From positions 40,176-104,175 of the forward strand of contig JBDRAN010000006.1 of assembly GCA_043823745.1 (NCBI GenBank): a DNA stretch of 64,000 nt, given 5' to 3'. Made by a program: the position numbers and the translations under genes. This stretch comes from Candidatus Omnitrophota bacterium. GTDB taxonomy: Bacteria > Omnitrophota > Gorgyraeia > Duberdicusellales > 4484-171. Below are positions 49,634-58,717 of this stretch, in pieces; the first letter of the stretch is position 1; every line of letters begins with the position of its first letter. The notes beneath the pieces were generated by a model. That model did not search any database and was not told where the DNA came from. It saw only the letters and a program-made list of their open reading frames with translations.

Positions 49634-50458
49634 ATGAATATTAAACAAAAATTCGAACAGCTCAAAAAAGAAGGCAGGAAAGCCTTCATCGCCTACGTGC
49701 CGTTTGGATTCCCGACAATTGCACGCAGCAAGGACATCATCCTGACGTTACAAGGCGCCGGAGTTGATATTATTGAACTCGGTATTCCCTTTTCTGACCC
49801 GGTTGCTGACGGCGCGATTATCCAGGCAGCGTCGATCCACGCCCTAAATGGCGGCGCAAATACCGAAAATCTTTTTGCGGCGCTTCGGTCTTTACAAAAA
49901 TCTCTTTACGTACCCGTTGCGCTTATGACTTATTATAATCCTATCTTTCGTTTCGGTGTCGAAAAATTTTTTACCACACTGCGGGGCGTCGGGGTTACGG
50001 GGCTTATTACCGTTGATCTCCCGGCTGACGAAAGCCGGGATTACATACGCTTCGCGCGCGAAAGCGCCATTGAAACAATATTTTTGGTAACACCGGTAAC
50101 TTCGCATGAACGCGCGCGATATATTGCCCGCGCATCCCGAGGATTCGTCTACTATGTTTCCGTTGCCGGAACAACCGGGCCCCAGAATATCACGATGCTC
50201 CCGCTGGCACGCCACATCCAAAAACTTAAATCACTGACGCGGTTGCCCATGTGCGTTGGTTTCGGTATTCATAGCGCGGCACAGGTACGGGCCATTAGCG
50301 CGATAAGCGACGGCGTGATCGTCGGCAGCAGTATTGTCAATTTCATCGCCCGCAGGTACGCTCATCCGATGTTTTTAAAAAAATTGAAAGCGTACATCCA
50401 GGGGCTGCGCCGACCATCGCCATCAAACGCATGGGGCCGGGCTAAACAAAATTTTTAG
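49634..50458 (+). CDS. trpA: Tryptophan synthase alpha chain
   Basis: IELGIPFSDPVADGAIIQ, YYNPI, GFGI, DGVIVGS. Confidence 0.95.
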   Translation: MNIKQKFEQLKKEGRKAFIAYVPFGFPTIARSKDIILTLQGAGVDIIELGIPFSDPVADGAIIQAASIHALNGGANTENLFAALRSLQKSLYVPVALMTYYNPIFRFGVEKFFTTLRGVGVTGLITVDLPADESRDYIRFARESAIETIFLVTPVTSHERARYIARASRGFVYYVSVAGTTGPQNITMLPLARHIQKLKSLTRLPMCVGFGIHSAAQVRAISAISDGVIVGSSIVNFIARRYAHPMFLKKLKAYIQGLRRPSPSNAWGRAKQNF

Positions 50459-50493
50459 CTCAAACGACGCACGCACCATTTGTGAGGGAACGA

Positions 50494-51768
50494 ATGAATG
50501 AATTAATTACCGTTAATGGCGCAAAACTTATTTTTTCTCCCTGCAAAGACGTGGAAACCGCATCCTTCGGTGTTTTTTTAAAGATCGGCGGCCGCTACGA
50601 ACCGATCAAGACCAAAGGTATCGCCCACTTTCTTGAGCACTTGATTTTTAAGGGGAGCAAAAAACATTCCTACAAGGAAATTAAACGAGAAATCGAGGGC
50701 CGCGGTGGAACCCTCAATGGCTTCACGTCGCACGAATTCACCGGCTACTATGCGCATTTTCTTAAGAAGAATTTGCTCCCGACGTTAGATATTCTCCTTG
50801 ATATGGTTTTTCATCCCATGCTTACCCTCTCCGATATCGAAAAGGAACGTAAGGTTATTCTTGAGGAAATAAAGATGTACAACGACTTACCCAGCTCGCG
50901 CGTTGGGATGCTGCTCGATAAACTCCTTTGGCCCGGTCATATTCTTGGAGAAGAGGTCATCGGAAGCGCGGCGAGCGTCAAAGGGATTTCTCGAAAAGAT
51001 TTGTCACGGTTTAAAGCTGCATATTATCTGACCTCAAACGCCACTATTTCCTGCAGCGGAAATTTTGAGAAGACCTCGCTTACCAGGCTCCTGACCGAAC
51101 GGATACACCCTGCCCCCGGGAGAGCAAACCTTACGACCATCGCACCGGGCGTGTTGCGCGGTATCGCGATTTCTATCGAGCACAAAAAACTAGAACAGGC
51201 TCACGTATGCATCGGCTTTCGCTCTGTTTCTTACTTCGATCAAAAACGTTTTGCCGCTGAGCTCTTAAGTATACTCTTGGGGGCAAACATGAGTAGCCGC
51301 CTTTTCGAAGAAGTGAGAGAAAAAAAAGCGCTCTGCTACGATATCTCAACCGACGTACGTAAATATAAAGATAGCGGCGCCTTTGTCGTGCACACCGCTT
51401 TAGATAAAACAAAAATTGACACCGCTCTTGCCTGCGTTCTAAGAGAGCTACAAAAGATCAAAGACCGTTGTGTACCGAGCCGTGAATTAACACGAGCCAA
51501 GGACTATCTTCTTGGTCAGATCGCGATGGGGCTTGAACGACCTCAAGGAAAAATGTTCTACTCTGCTGAAAGCTTGCTTACGACCGGAGAAATTCTTTCG
51601 TTTACCCGCATCACGGAAATAGTGCAAAAAATCACCGCAGAAGAAATTCAAGTGTTCGCGAAGGAAATTTTTGATTTCACCAACATGCGTATTTCTTGTG
51701 TCGGCGATGCCGAAGCGGCGCGAACGGAAGATAGTATCAATAAGACGCTGAAACGGTTTTTGTCCTAA
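50494..51768 (+). CDS. M16 (pitrilysin) family zinc peptidase
   Basis: GIAHFLEHLIFKG (HxxEH), LNGFT, SSRLFEEVREK. Confidence 0.92.
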   Translation: MNELITVNGAKLIFSPCKDVETASFGVFLKIGGRYEPIKTKGIAHFLEHLIFKGSKKHSYKEIKREIEGRGGTLNGFTSHEFTGYYAHFLKKNLLPTLDILLDMVFHPMLTLSDIEKERKVILEEIKMYNDLPSSRVGMLLDKLLWPGHILGEEVIGSAASVKGISRKDLSRFKAAYYLTSNATISCSGNFEKTSLTRLLTERIHPAPGRANLTTIAPGVLRGIAISIEHKKLEQAHVCIGFRSVSYFDQKRFAAELLSILLGANMSSRLFEEVREKKALCYDISTDVRKYKDSGAFVVHTALDKTKIDTALACVLRELQKIKDRCVPSRELTRAKDYLLGQIAMGLERPQGKMFYSAESLLTTGEILSFTRITEIVQKITAEEIQVFAKEIFDFTNMRISCVGDAEAARTEDSINKTLKRFLS

Positions 51769-51783
51769 CCAAAGGGGGTCGTT

Positions 51784-52173
51784 ATTCCCAAAAAAACAAA
51801 TCCTCTCAAAACAAAAGCACTGCGGATCGCTGAGTTCGCGCTCGCTCAGCATGCCGAAAAAAACACCATTCTCGATGTCGAAGGTAAATGCGGTATCTGC
51901 GATTACTTTGTGATCTGCTCCGGGGAAACCGGCGTGCAAACACGCGCGATTGCGCACGAAGTAGTCACCCGATGCAAAGAACAAGGCTATGCGGTTCATC
52001 ACTACGAAGAAGATAGCGAGGCTCGATGGATTCTCGTCGACCTTTTCGATATCATCGTGCACATTTTTACTCGCGAGGCTCGCCTGTTTTATAATCTCGA
52101 GTATCTTTGGGCTGACGCGAGGAAAGTTCGTGTCTTAAAAAATAAAAAAATATCACTTCCTTCACGAAAATAG
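51784..52173 (+). CDS. rsfS: Ribosome silencing factor RsfS (probable non-canonical ATT start)
   Basis: ILDV..., DYFVICSG, WILVDLFDIIVHIF, RLFYNLEYLW; homology extends upstream of the GTG at 51910. Confidence 0.85.
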   Translation: MPKKTNPLKTKALRIAEFALAQHAEKNTILDVEGKCGICDYFVICSGETGVQTRAIAHEVVTRCKEQGYAVHHYEEDSEARWILVDLFDIIVHIFTREARLFYNLEYLWADARKVRVLKNKKISLPSRK

Positions 52174-52202
52174 TTGACATTTGTCCAATCATTTGCTAAA
52201 TT
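52174..52202 (+). promoter_or_regulatory. Strong putative sigma70 promoter for the micropeptide unit
   Basis: TTGACA-17 nt-TAAATT with TGn extension. Confidence 0.75.
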
Positions 52203-52257
52203 AAAAGTAACATACGTTCCGAGTGGTCGGACAAAAAACATTAGAAGGAGGTGACCA

Positions 52258-52299
52258 ATGGCGAAGAAAGCGAAAGCGAAGAAAGCGAAGAAGAAATAG
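52258..52299 (+). CDS. 13-aa Lys/Ala micropeptide MAKKAKAKKAKKK
   Basis: AAGGAGGTGA SD (52245-52254), ATG...TAG; lies between the promoter and terminator. Confidence 0.65.
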   Translation: MAKKAKAKKAKKK

Positions 52300-52308
52300 G
52301 AGGTTCTC

Positions 52309-52380
52309 ATGTCAGGATGTGGATGCAGCATGAAAAAGACTCCGAAGAAAGCTTCTAAGAAGAAAACGAAAAAGAAATAG
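52309..52380 (+). CDS. 23-aa Lys-rich micropeptide MSGCGCSMKKTPKKASKKKTKKK
   Basis: AGGAGGT SD overlapping the upstream stop; ATG...TAG. Confidence 0.65.
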   Translation: MSGCGCSMKKTPKKASKKKTKKK

Positions 52381-52398
52381 AACATCCTTGAGAGACTC

Positions 52399-52436
52399 AA
52401 ACCCCGCGCGTACCTCGCGCGGGGTTTACCTTTTTT
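52399..52436 (+). terminator. Intrinsic terminator
   Basis: AAACCCCGCGCG-tacct-CGCGCGGGGTTT followed by accTTTTTT. Confidence 0.75.
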
Positions 52437-52508
52437 AAGACGCGCGCCCTCGGGATCTCCTGAATAAAAACAAACGGCTTATGCACGACGCACAACAAAC
52501 GAATACCT

Positions 52509-52760
52509 ATGCATGACTATCACCTTGTCAAATCGGTTATAAAGAGCATCGAAGAAAAAACCTCAAAACTCGAGAAGATAAAACGAGTAACCCGTATCCG
52601 CCTTACCCTCGGGTCGCTTAAAATGGTTACCAAGGAGCATTTTACGCAGACCTTTAAGGAAGTTTCCCGCGGCACGCTCTGCGAAGGAGCACGTCTGGCG
52701 ATCACTGAGGTACCGGGGGACGTTTTGATTGTGGATAACATCGAAGGGGAATTCGACTGA
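52509..52760 (+). CDS. HypA/HybF-like nickel-binding protein lacking the Zn-finger domain
   Basis: MHD start, RVTRIRLTLGSL, GTLCEGARLAITEVP, then directly GDVLIVDNIE; no CxxC pairs. Confidence 0.75.
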   Translation: MHDYHLVKSVIKSIEEKTSKLEKIKRVTRIRLTLGSLKMVTKEHFTQTFKEVSRGTLCEGARLAITEVPGDVLIVDNIEGEFD

Positions 52761-52833
52761 TCTTGCCTCCCCGATATCTTCAAAAACCTAATACAGGTAG
52801 CTTTTTTCCGGCTCCTATGATATAATCGAACAC

Positions 52834-53418
52834 ATGTTTACCGGCATTGTCCAAGAAATAGGCCTCCTTGCACAACGACGCAAAAAAAGCACGATAACCA
52901 CGTTCACAATACAGGCTCCCGTCAGCGCCCAAAGTGCTTCGGCAAGCGACAGCATCGCGATTAACGGTGTTTGCCTGACCGTTACGCGTAAGGAAAAAAA
53001 CCTTTTGGTTTTTGACGCGGTGGCACCGACACTCATAAAAACGAATCTTGCAACCATGCGTATTGGCGATCGAATCAATATCGAACCAGCGCTTAAGGTG
53101 GGGGGTACGCTCGGTGGTCATTTTGTCTTAGGGCATATTGACGCGACCGCGAAGCTGGTGCGTGTTATCAACAAACGAAACTACTGGCAGGTAACTCTGG
53201 CGCTACCGGTAAAAAAATACGGCCACCTCGTCGAAAATGGATCGATAGCGGTAGAAGGCGTTTCGCTTACCGTTAAAAAATTTTCCGGCCGCGAGATCAC
53301 TCTTGATATTATTCCTTTTACCTATTTGCACACGACGCTACAGTATAAAAAGCCGGGTAGCTGGCTGAACATGGAATTCGATTATCTTTTGAAGAAATTA
53401 GAAGCGGAAAAACGCTGA
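52834..53418 (+). CDS. ribE: Riboflavin synthase (alpha)
   Basis: MFTGIV, SIAINGVCLTV, GGHFVLGHID, GVSLTV. Confidence 0.95.
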   Translation: MFTGIVQEIGLLAQRRKKSTITTFTIQAPVSAQSASASDSIAINGVCLTVTRKEKNLLVFDAVAPTLIKTNLATMRIGDRINIEPALKVGGTLGGHFVLGHIDATAKLVRVINKRNYWQVTLALPVKKYGHLVENGSIAVEGVSLTVKKFSGREITLDIIPFTYLHTTLQYKKPGSWLNMEFDYLLKKLEAEKR

Positions 53419-53459
53419 CAGCGTAAATCCGCGTTACTATCCGCGTGTATCCGCCTCTA
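53399..53459. repeat. TAGAAGCGGA...TCCGCCTCTA element, copy A4
   Basis: Same TIR family; supplies the ribE C-terminus and stop; abuts the tRNA. Confidence 0.7.
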
Positions 53460-53464
53460 TTATT

Positions 53465-53539
53465 CGGGGCGTGGCTCAGCCCGGCTAGAGCGCTTGGTTC
53501 GGGACCAAGAGGTCGGTGGTTCAAATCCACTCGCCCCGA
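53465..53539 (+). tRNA. tRNA-Pro (anticodon CGG), CCA not encoded
   Basis: Acceptor CGGGGCG/CGCCCCG, anticodon arm CTTGG-TTCGGGA-CCAAG, T-loop TTCAAAT. Confidence 0.95.
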
Positions 53540-53686
53540 CGTTTTATTTACTTTCCCCGCGGCCCCTTGAGCATCCGCGGGGGACGCCCCCCTCTAATGA
53601 GGTGTCCGGGTCATGCGTGCTTCGTTTCTATCTTTCCGGTGCCATTTTTTCGTTGCAAAGAGAGCGGTTTGGACTACAATAATGCA

Positions 53687-54610
53687 ATGGATACCTATAT
53701 AGGGATTGATTGGGGCGGTACCTATATTAAGTCGGGTTTAGTTTCGGAAAAAGGCACGGTCATCGCCAAAGAAGTGTTTTCTTCCAGCCTCCTTAAGAAA
53801 AAAAAGGTCTTTATTGAAACGGTGTCCCGGCTCGTAAAAAAGTACGCTAATCGCCGGATAGGCGCAATCGGAATCGGCGCTCCGGGAATTATTGACACGA
53901 CAAAAGGCTTTATTTATTATTTACCAAACATTGCGGGATGGAAAAATTATCCGCTCAAGACAATACTACAAAAAAAGCTCCGTGTTCCTGTCTTTGTCGA
54001 TAATGACGCTAATGTTTTTGCCCTTGCGGAAGCGCGGTTAGGCGCGGCAAAAAAAACAAAGCGCGCAATTTTTTTAACTCTTGGAACGGGCCTGGGTGGA
54101 GCGGTGATCTGGAACGGAAATATTCTTGAGGGTCGCGCAAGCGCTTCGGAGATCGGACATGTGCCCATCGCCATAGAAGGTAGGCCGTGCTCCTGCGGCG
54201 GGAATGGTTGCATTGAAACGTTCGTGGGGGCACCTCATCTTCTCTCCCATTATGCTCTCCTGGAACCAGGCGCGCGCGTAACGGAAGTTAAGGAAATTTT
54301 TCGCCGGGCTCTGGCTCACGATCCGTCGGCGATAACCGTTTGGCGTAATTTCGCACATGCTCTAGGAAAATTTTTAGGGGGCATGGTTAACATTTTTAAC
54401 CCCGAAATTATTGTTCTTGGCGGGGGAGTAGCGGGGGCTTTTAGTTTTTTTAAGCCTCTCCTGGAACGAGCGATACGCACGCAAGCGATGTGGCCGAACC
54501 ACAAAGGTCTGCGCCTGGTGCGGGCGCGGCTTTCCGATCCCGGCATTATCGGCGCAGGGCTTCTTGCCAAGGAGCGTCTCAACCGCGCCTCTCAATCGTA
54601 TTCACGATGA
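53687..54610 (+). CDS. ROK family sugar kinase (glucokinase-like)
   Basis: [32 protein letters not shown]. Confidence 0.92.
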   Translation: MDTYIGIDWGGTYIKSGLVSEKGTVIAKEVFSSSLLKKKKVFIETVSRLVKKYANRRIGAIGIGAPGIIDTTKGFIYYLPNIAGWKNYPLKTILQKKLRVPVFVDNDANVFALAEARLGAAKKTKRAIFLTLGTGLGGAVIWNGNILEGRASASEIGHVPIAIEGRPCSCGGNGCIETFVGAPHLLSHYALLEPGARVTEVKEIFRRALAHDPSAITVWRNFAHALGKFLGGMVNIFNPEIIVLGGGVAGAFSFFKPLLERAIRTQAMWPNHKGLRLVRARLSDPGIIGAGLLAKERLNRASQSYSR

Positions 54611-55263
54611 AACTTTTTATTGATACCGCAAATCTTGAAGAAATAAAAACAGCTCGCGCGTTGGGGGTGCTTGACGGTGTTACCACCAACCCCACGCTCT
54701 TGGCAAGAGAAAAAGCAGAGCCCCGACAACAGCTTAAGGCTATCTGCGCTGCCGTCCGGGGGCCGGTCAGCGCCGAAGTAATGGGCCTGACGGCTGTTGA
54801 GATGGTCCGCGAAGCACGAGAACTCGTTGCTATTGCCTCAAATATCGTTATTAAAATACCTTCAACCGTCGAGGGGCTTACCGCGACAGCTGCTTTGCGG
54901 GACCTGAACATACAAACAAACCTCACGTTGTGTTTCTCCGCCTCTCAGGCACTGCTCGTCGCAAAAGCAGGCGCCACCTTTGTTTCACCGTTTGTAGGAA
55001 GGCTCGACGACATATCCCAGGAAGGGATGAATCTCATCCGAGACATACGACTGATATATAAAAATTATACCCTCCCGACGCAAATCATCGTTGCCTCGAT
55101 CAGGCACCCGCTTCATTTTGTGGAGGCAGCGCGTATCGGCGCCGACATTGCCACGGTCCCTTTTGCTGTTATTGAAAAACTGATGCATCATCCATTAACC
55201 GACATCGGCGTTCAACGCTTTCTCGAAGACTGGAAAACTTTAAACGACATCCTTAAAACATGA
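54607..55263 (+). CDS. tal: Transaldolase (small FSA/TalC type)
   Basis: [33 protein letters not shown]. Confidence 0.9.
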   Translation: MKLFIDTANLEEIKTARALGVLDGVTTNPTLLAREKAEPRQQLKAICAAVRGPVSAEVMGLTAVEMVREARELVAIASNIVIKIPSTVEGLTATAALRDLNIQTNLTLCFSASQALLVAKAGATFVSPFVGRLDDISQEGMNLIRDIRLIYKNYTLPTQIIVASIRHPLHFVEAARIGADIATVPFAVIEKLMHHPLTDIGVQRFLEDWKTLNDILKT

Positions 55264-57368
55264 AACAGTACTTTTTCCTGCTCGCCCTTCTCGTGGTGCC
55301 CCTTGCAACCAGTGCCGCCAGTGAAGTTTTGCCGGTTGACATCAACGCCGATGAAATCAACTATCTACAAGAAGAAGGCACTGCCGTAGCCCACGGCAAT
55401 GTCAAAATGTCCTACAAAGATACCACGCTCTACTGCGACGAGGCCCATTACGACGCAAAAAAACAATTAGTAAATATTACAGGCAAGGTAAAAATCGTCA
55501 AAGACGGAATAACCGCCTATGGCGAGAATGTCGTATACGATTTCAATACTCAAAACGCGACGCTCGCCGGCATGACCATGACTAACCCGCCAATGTATGT
55601 CTCGGCACATGAAGCACAGAAGGTCGGTAAGGAAAAATATGTCTTAAATAACGGTTATGTTACCACCTGCGACAAGAAAGAGCCGCACTACCGCATCGTC
55701 GCCCAACACATCTCCTTTTATCCCGGCGTTAAGGTAGTGGCGAAAAATGTTATCATTAAAGTCGGTACCGTCCCCATATTGTACATACCGTACTTCTCAC
55801 TACCCTTTAATGACAGATCGTTCCCGCTACAAATCACACCCGGGCAAGATGATAAATGGGGGACCTATCTACTGAGCCGCTGGCGCTACCATATTGGCAA
55901 CCAAAACAGGGGAAAAATTATTTTTGACTGGTATGACAAACGCGGTTTTGGCAAAGGAATCCTGCATAAAGCCGAAGGCACAAAGTTTGGCGACGCGCTC
56001 CTTAATGTATATTCGATCGAAGATGATATGTACAAACTCCAGAACCGGGACGATCTCTTTAAAAAATACCCTGAGCGTAAGGATTTAGGCTCAAAGGCCC
56101 TTGAGGATGATCGCTACAAAATACAATTCTATCAAAGCTGGCAGCCTAAACCAGAGCTTTCGATAAAAACGGAACTTAATAAATTTTCAGACCAGTACTT
56201 TATGAAGGATTTCTTCTACCGCGAATATGAAATAGAACCGCGCCCCCTTTCCTACAACCTCATCGACTACGCGTTTCCTAACTCTTCTCTCTCGCTCCTG
56301 ACACAAAAGCGGGTGAACGATTTCTTTACGGAATTAGAATACGTGCCCCAAGCGGAATATAATTTTTACCGGCAACAGCTCGGCGCTTCAAATTTTTATT
56401 TCGAGTCGACGTCAACCGCCGGGAACCTCGCCTACCACGTTGCCGACTCCGACAGCCACTACGACTCAGCCCGCGTTCACTCCCATAACGTTCTCAGCTA
56501 TACTCAAAATATTAAGTGGCTTTATATTAACCCGTATGCCGGCTCCTACACTACTTTTTACTCCAAGGGCTCTGATGAAAATTCTGATTTCTGGAGAGTC
56601 GCGCCTGAGACCGGTGTTAATTTTAGTACCAAATTATACAAAAATATCGACCACCCGTTTTTATTGGGTCGGGAGCGTGTTTCCACGATGCGCCATATCA
56701 TAACGCCGATTCTCTCTTACAGCTACATCTTTCCACCCACGGTTTCGCGTACCCGTATTTATCAATTTGACACAACCGACAATCTGGCGCGCGATGAAAA
56801 AATACGCTTCGCACTCGACAACAAGCTTAAAGCCCGCAGTGACCGACGTACCTGGGACTTTATATACTTCAGCCCCGCGGTCGAATACAGCGTAAACAAA
56901 GAAGGGATGAAAGGGAGCTACTTCGACAAAATTACCGCTGATTTTGAAATATACCCCAAAGAATGGCTCTCGTTTAACTCCAAAACCCAATACGATTGCG
57001 TTGACCGGGCAATCAAAGAGGTTACCGCTGATTTTACGATTCACGACCCCCGCAACAGGGAAAACACCATCTCGCTTGGCCACCGCTATATGCGTCATGA
57101 GAGCTCACAAGGAACATTCGGATTAACCTATCAGCTCACTCCCAAGGTACAGTTTAGAAATTATTTACGCTACGAATACAAAGAAGGGAAATTCCAGGAG
57201 CAGCAATATAGCGTGCGCACGGACCTTCATTGTTGGTGGCTTGATGTTGGCACCAATATCGATAATAATAAAAATTACACCCTATGGTTTGCTTTTATAC
57301 TCAAAGACTTCCCCGATATACACCTGGGCTTTGACCAAACCTATAGCGGCGCAAAAGAATCGTATTAA
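55260..57368 (+). CDS. lptD: LPS-assembly protein LptD
   Basis: Signal peptide, OstA-like N-domain (INADEI, GNV, TTC...PHY), aromatic beta-barrel C-terminus with HCW. Confidence 0.82.
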   Translation: MKQYFFLLALLVVPLATSAASEVLPVDINADEINYLQEEGTAVAHGNVKMSYKDTTLYCDEAHYDAKKQLVNITGKVKIVKDGITAYGENVVYDFNTQNATLAGMTMTNPPMYVSAHEAQKVGKEKYVLNNGYVTTCDKKEPHYRIVAQHISFYPGVKVVAKNVIIKVGTVPILYIPYFSLPFNDRSFPLQITPGQDDKWGTYLLSRWRYHIGNQNRGKIIFDWYDKRGFGKGILHKAEGTKFGDALLNVYSIEDDMYKLQNRDDLFKKYPERKDLGSKALEDDRYKIQFYQSWQPKPELSIKTELNKFSDQYFMKDFFYREYEIEPRPLSYNLIDYAFPNSSLSLLTQKRVNDFFTELEYVPQAEYNFYRQQLGASNFYFESTSTAGNLAYHVADSDSHYDSARVHSHNVLSYTQNIKWLYINPYAGSYTTFYSKGSDENSDFWRVAPETGVNFSTKLYKNIDHPFLLGRERVSTMRHIITPILSYSYIFPPTVSRTRIYQFDTTDNLARDEKIRFALDNKLKARSDRRTWDFIYFSPAVEYSVNKEGMKGSYFDKITADFEIYPKEWLSFNSKTQYDCVDRAIKEVTADFTIHDPRNRENTISLGHRYMRHESSQGTFGLTYQLTPKVQFRNYLRYEYKEGKFQEQQYSVRTDLHCWWLDVGTNIDNNKNYTLWFAFILKDFPDIHLGFDQTYSGAKESY

Positions 57369-57380
57369 CAACGAGGTGCC

Positions 57381-58700
57381 ATGAAACAAAAAAAACAGAG
57401 TAAGCATACTATTTGTGTGGTGGGCGCAGGCCACGTCGGCCTGGTTTCAGCAGCCTGCTTTGCCGAGCTTGGACACTCGGTTATCTGCATTGACAACGAT
57501 CCCAAGAAGATTGCCCGGCTCAAAACAGGCATTATGCCCTTTTACGAGCCTGAACTGCGGCCCCTGGTGATGCGCACGGTCAAAAACAAAATGCTGCACT
57601 TCTCGACAAGCCTCCGTGAGAGCGTTAAAAAAGCTGATATTATCTTTATCGCGGTAGGAACACCGCCGCTTGCGGACGGCTCCGCGGACTTGACCGCTAT
57701 CGAAACAGTCGCGCGTACCATCGCGCAGAACTTGAATTCTTATAAGTTGGTTATCGAAAAATCAACGGTGCCGGTGCAGACCGGCCAGAAGATCAAAGAA
57801 ACGATTCATCGCTATCGCAAAGCCGGTGTGCCATTTGACGTCGCTTCCAACCCTGAATTCTTACGGGAAGGAAAGGCAGTTTACGATTCTGTTCATCCGG
57901 ACAGGATCGTCATTGGTGTCGAATCGGAACGGGCTGCAAGAATCTTACAAGAAATCTACGCGCCGCTTGAGGTTCCTGTTATTGTGACGGACATCAACAC
58001 TGCCGAAATTATTAAGCATGCTTCTAATTCTTTTCTTGCTACAAAAATATCCTTTATCAACGCGCTCGCGCGCATTTGCGACTTAACGGGAGCTAATGTG
58101 GAAAAAGTCGCCGAAGCAATGGGTCTTGATACGCGTATCGGCAAACAATTTCTTGCGGCGGGGATCGGCTACGGGGGGTTTTGCTTTCCCAAGGACCTCG
58201 AAGCCTTCATTTACATTTCTCGCAAGATCGGTTACAACTTTGGATTGTTAAAAGAGGTGAAACAGGTCAACGATGAACAACGCACGTATTTCTTTGAAAA
58301 AGTCAAAGAACATCTTTGGGTGCTCAAAGATAAAAAGATTGCGATTCTTGGCCTCGCGTTTAAGCCCGATACCGACGACATGCGCTTTGCGCCTTCGGTT
58401 GACATCGTCAATGCATTGTACCGGGAAGGGGCGAAGCTCTTTCTCTACGATCCAAAAGCACACCAGGAAGCCATGCATATTTTTTCAGGAAAAAAATTAA
58501 CCTTCTGTAAGAACGCCTATCATGCGTTAAAAAATTGCGATTGTGCGTGCTTTTTAACCGAGTGGGGTGAATTTAAAACTCTTGATTTTAAGAAAGTTAA
58601 AAAACTCATGGCCCATGCGTTCATCGCCGACGGAAGAAACATGTTCGATAAAAAGGCCCTGACTGCATTGGGTTTTGAATATATTGGTATAGGAAAATAA
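57381..58700 (+). CDS. ugd: UDP-glucose/GDP-mannose 6-dehydrogenase
   Basis: GAGHVG, KSTVP, SNPEFLREG, GGFCFPKD, FKPDTDD. Confidence 0.88.
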   Translation: MKQKKQSKHTICVVGAGHVGLVSAACFAELGHSVICIDNDPKKIARLKTGIMPFYEPELRPLVMRTVKNKMLHFSTSLRESVKKADIIFIAVGTPPLADGSADLTAIETVARTIAQNLNSYKLVIEKSTVPVQTGQKIKETIHRYRKAGVPFDVASNPEFLREGKAVYDSVHPDRIVIGVESERAARILQEIYAPLEVPVIVTDINTAEIIKHASNSFLATKISFINALARICDLTGANVEKVAEAMGLDTRIGKQFLAAGIGYGGFCFPKDLEAFIYISRKIGYNFGLLKEVKQVNDEQRTYFFEKVKEHLWVLKDKKIAILGLAFKPDTDDMRFAPSVDIVNALYREGAKLFLYDPKAHQEAMHIFSGKKLTFCKNAYHALKNCDCACFLTEWGEFKTLDFKKVKKLMAHAFIADGRNMFDKKALTALGFEYIGIGK

Positions 58701-58717
58701 CTCGTGCTGTTGCATCG

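Noticed and set aside
52089-52400. 103-aa minus-strand Phe-rich ORF
   Set aside because: Antisense shadow of the Lys codons; promoter, SDs and terminator all point to the + strand.
53465-53686. tRNA-Pro as an island integration site; ORFs 53494-53682, 53318-53530 and the 5' extension of ROK
   Set aside because: No integrase or duplicated tRNA 3' end; those ORFs overlap the tRNA.
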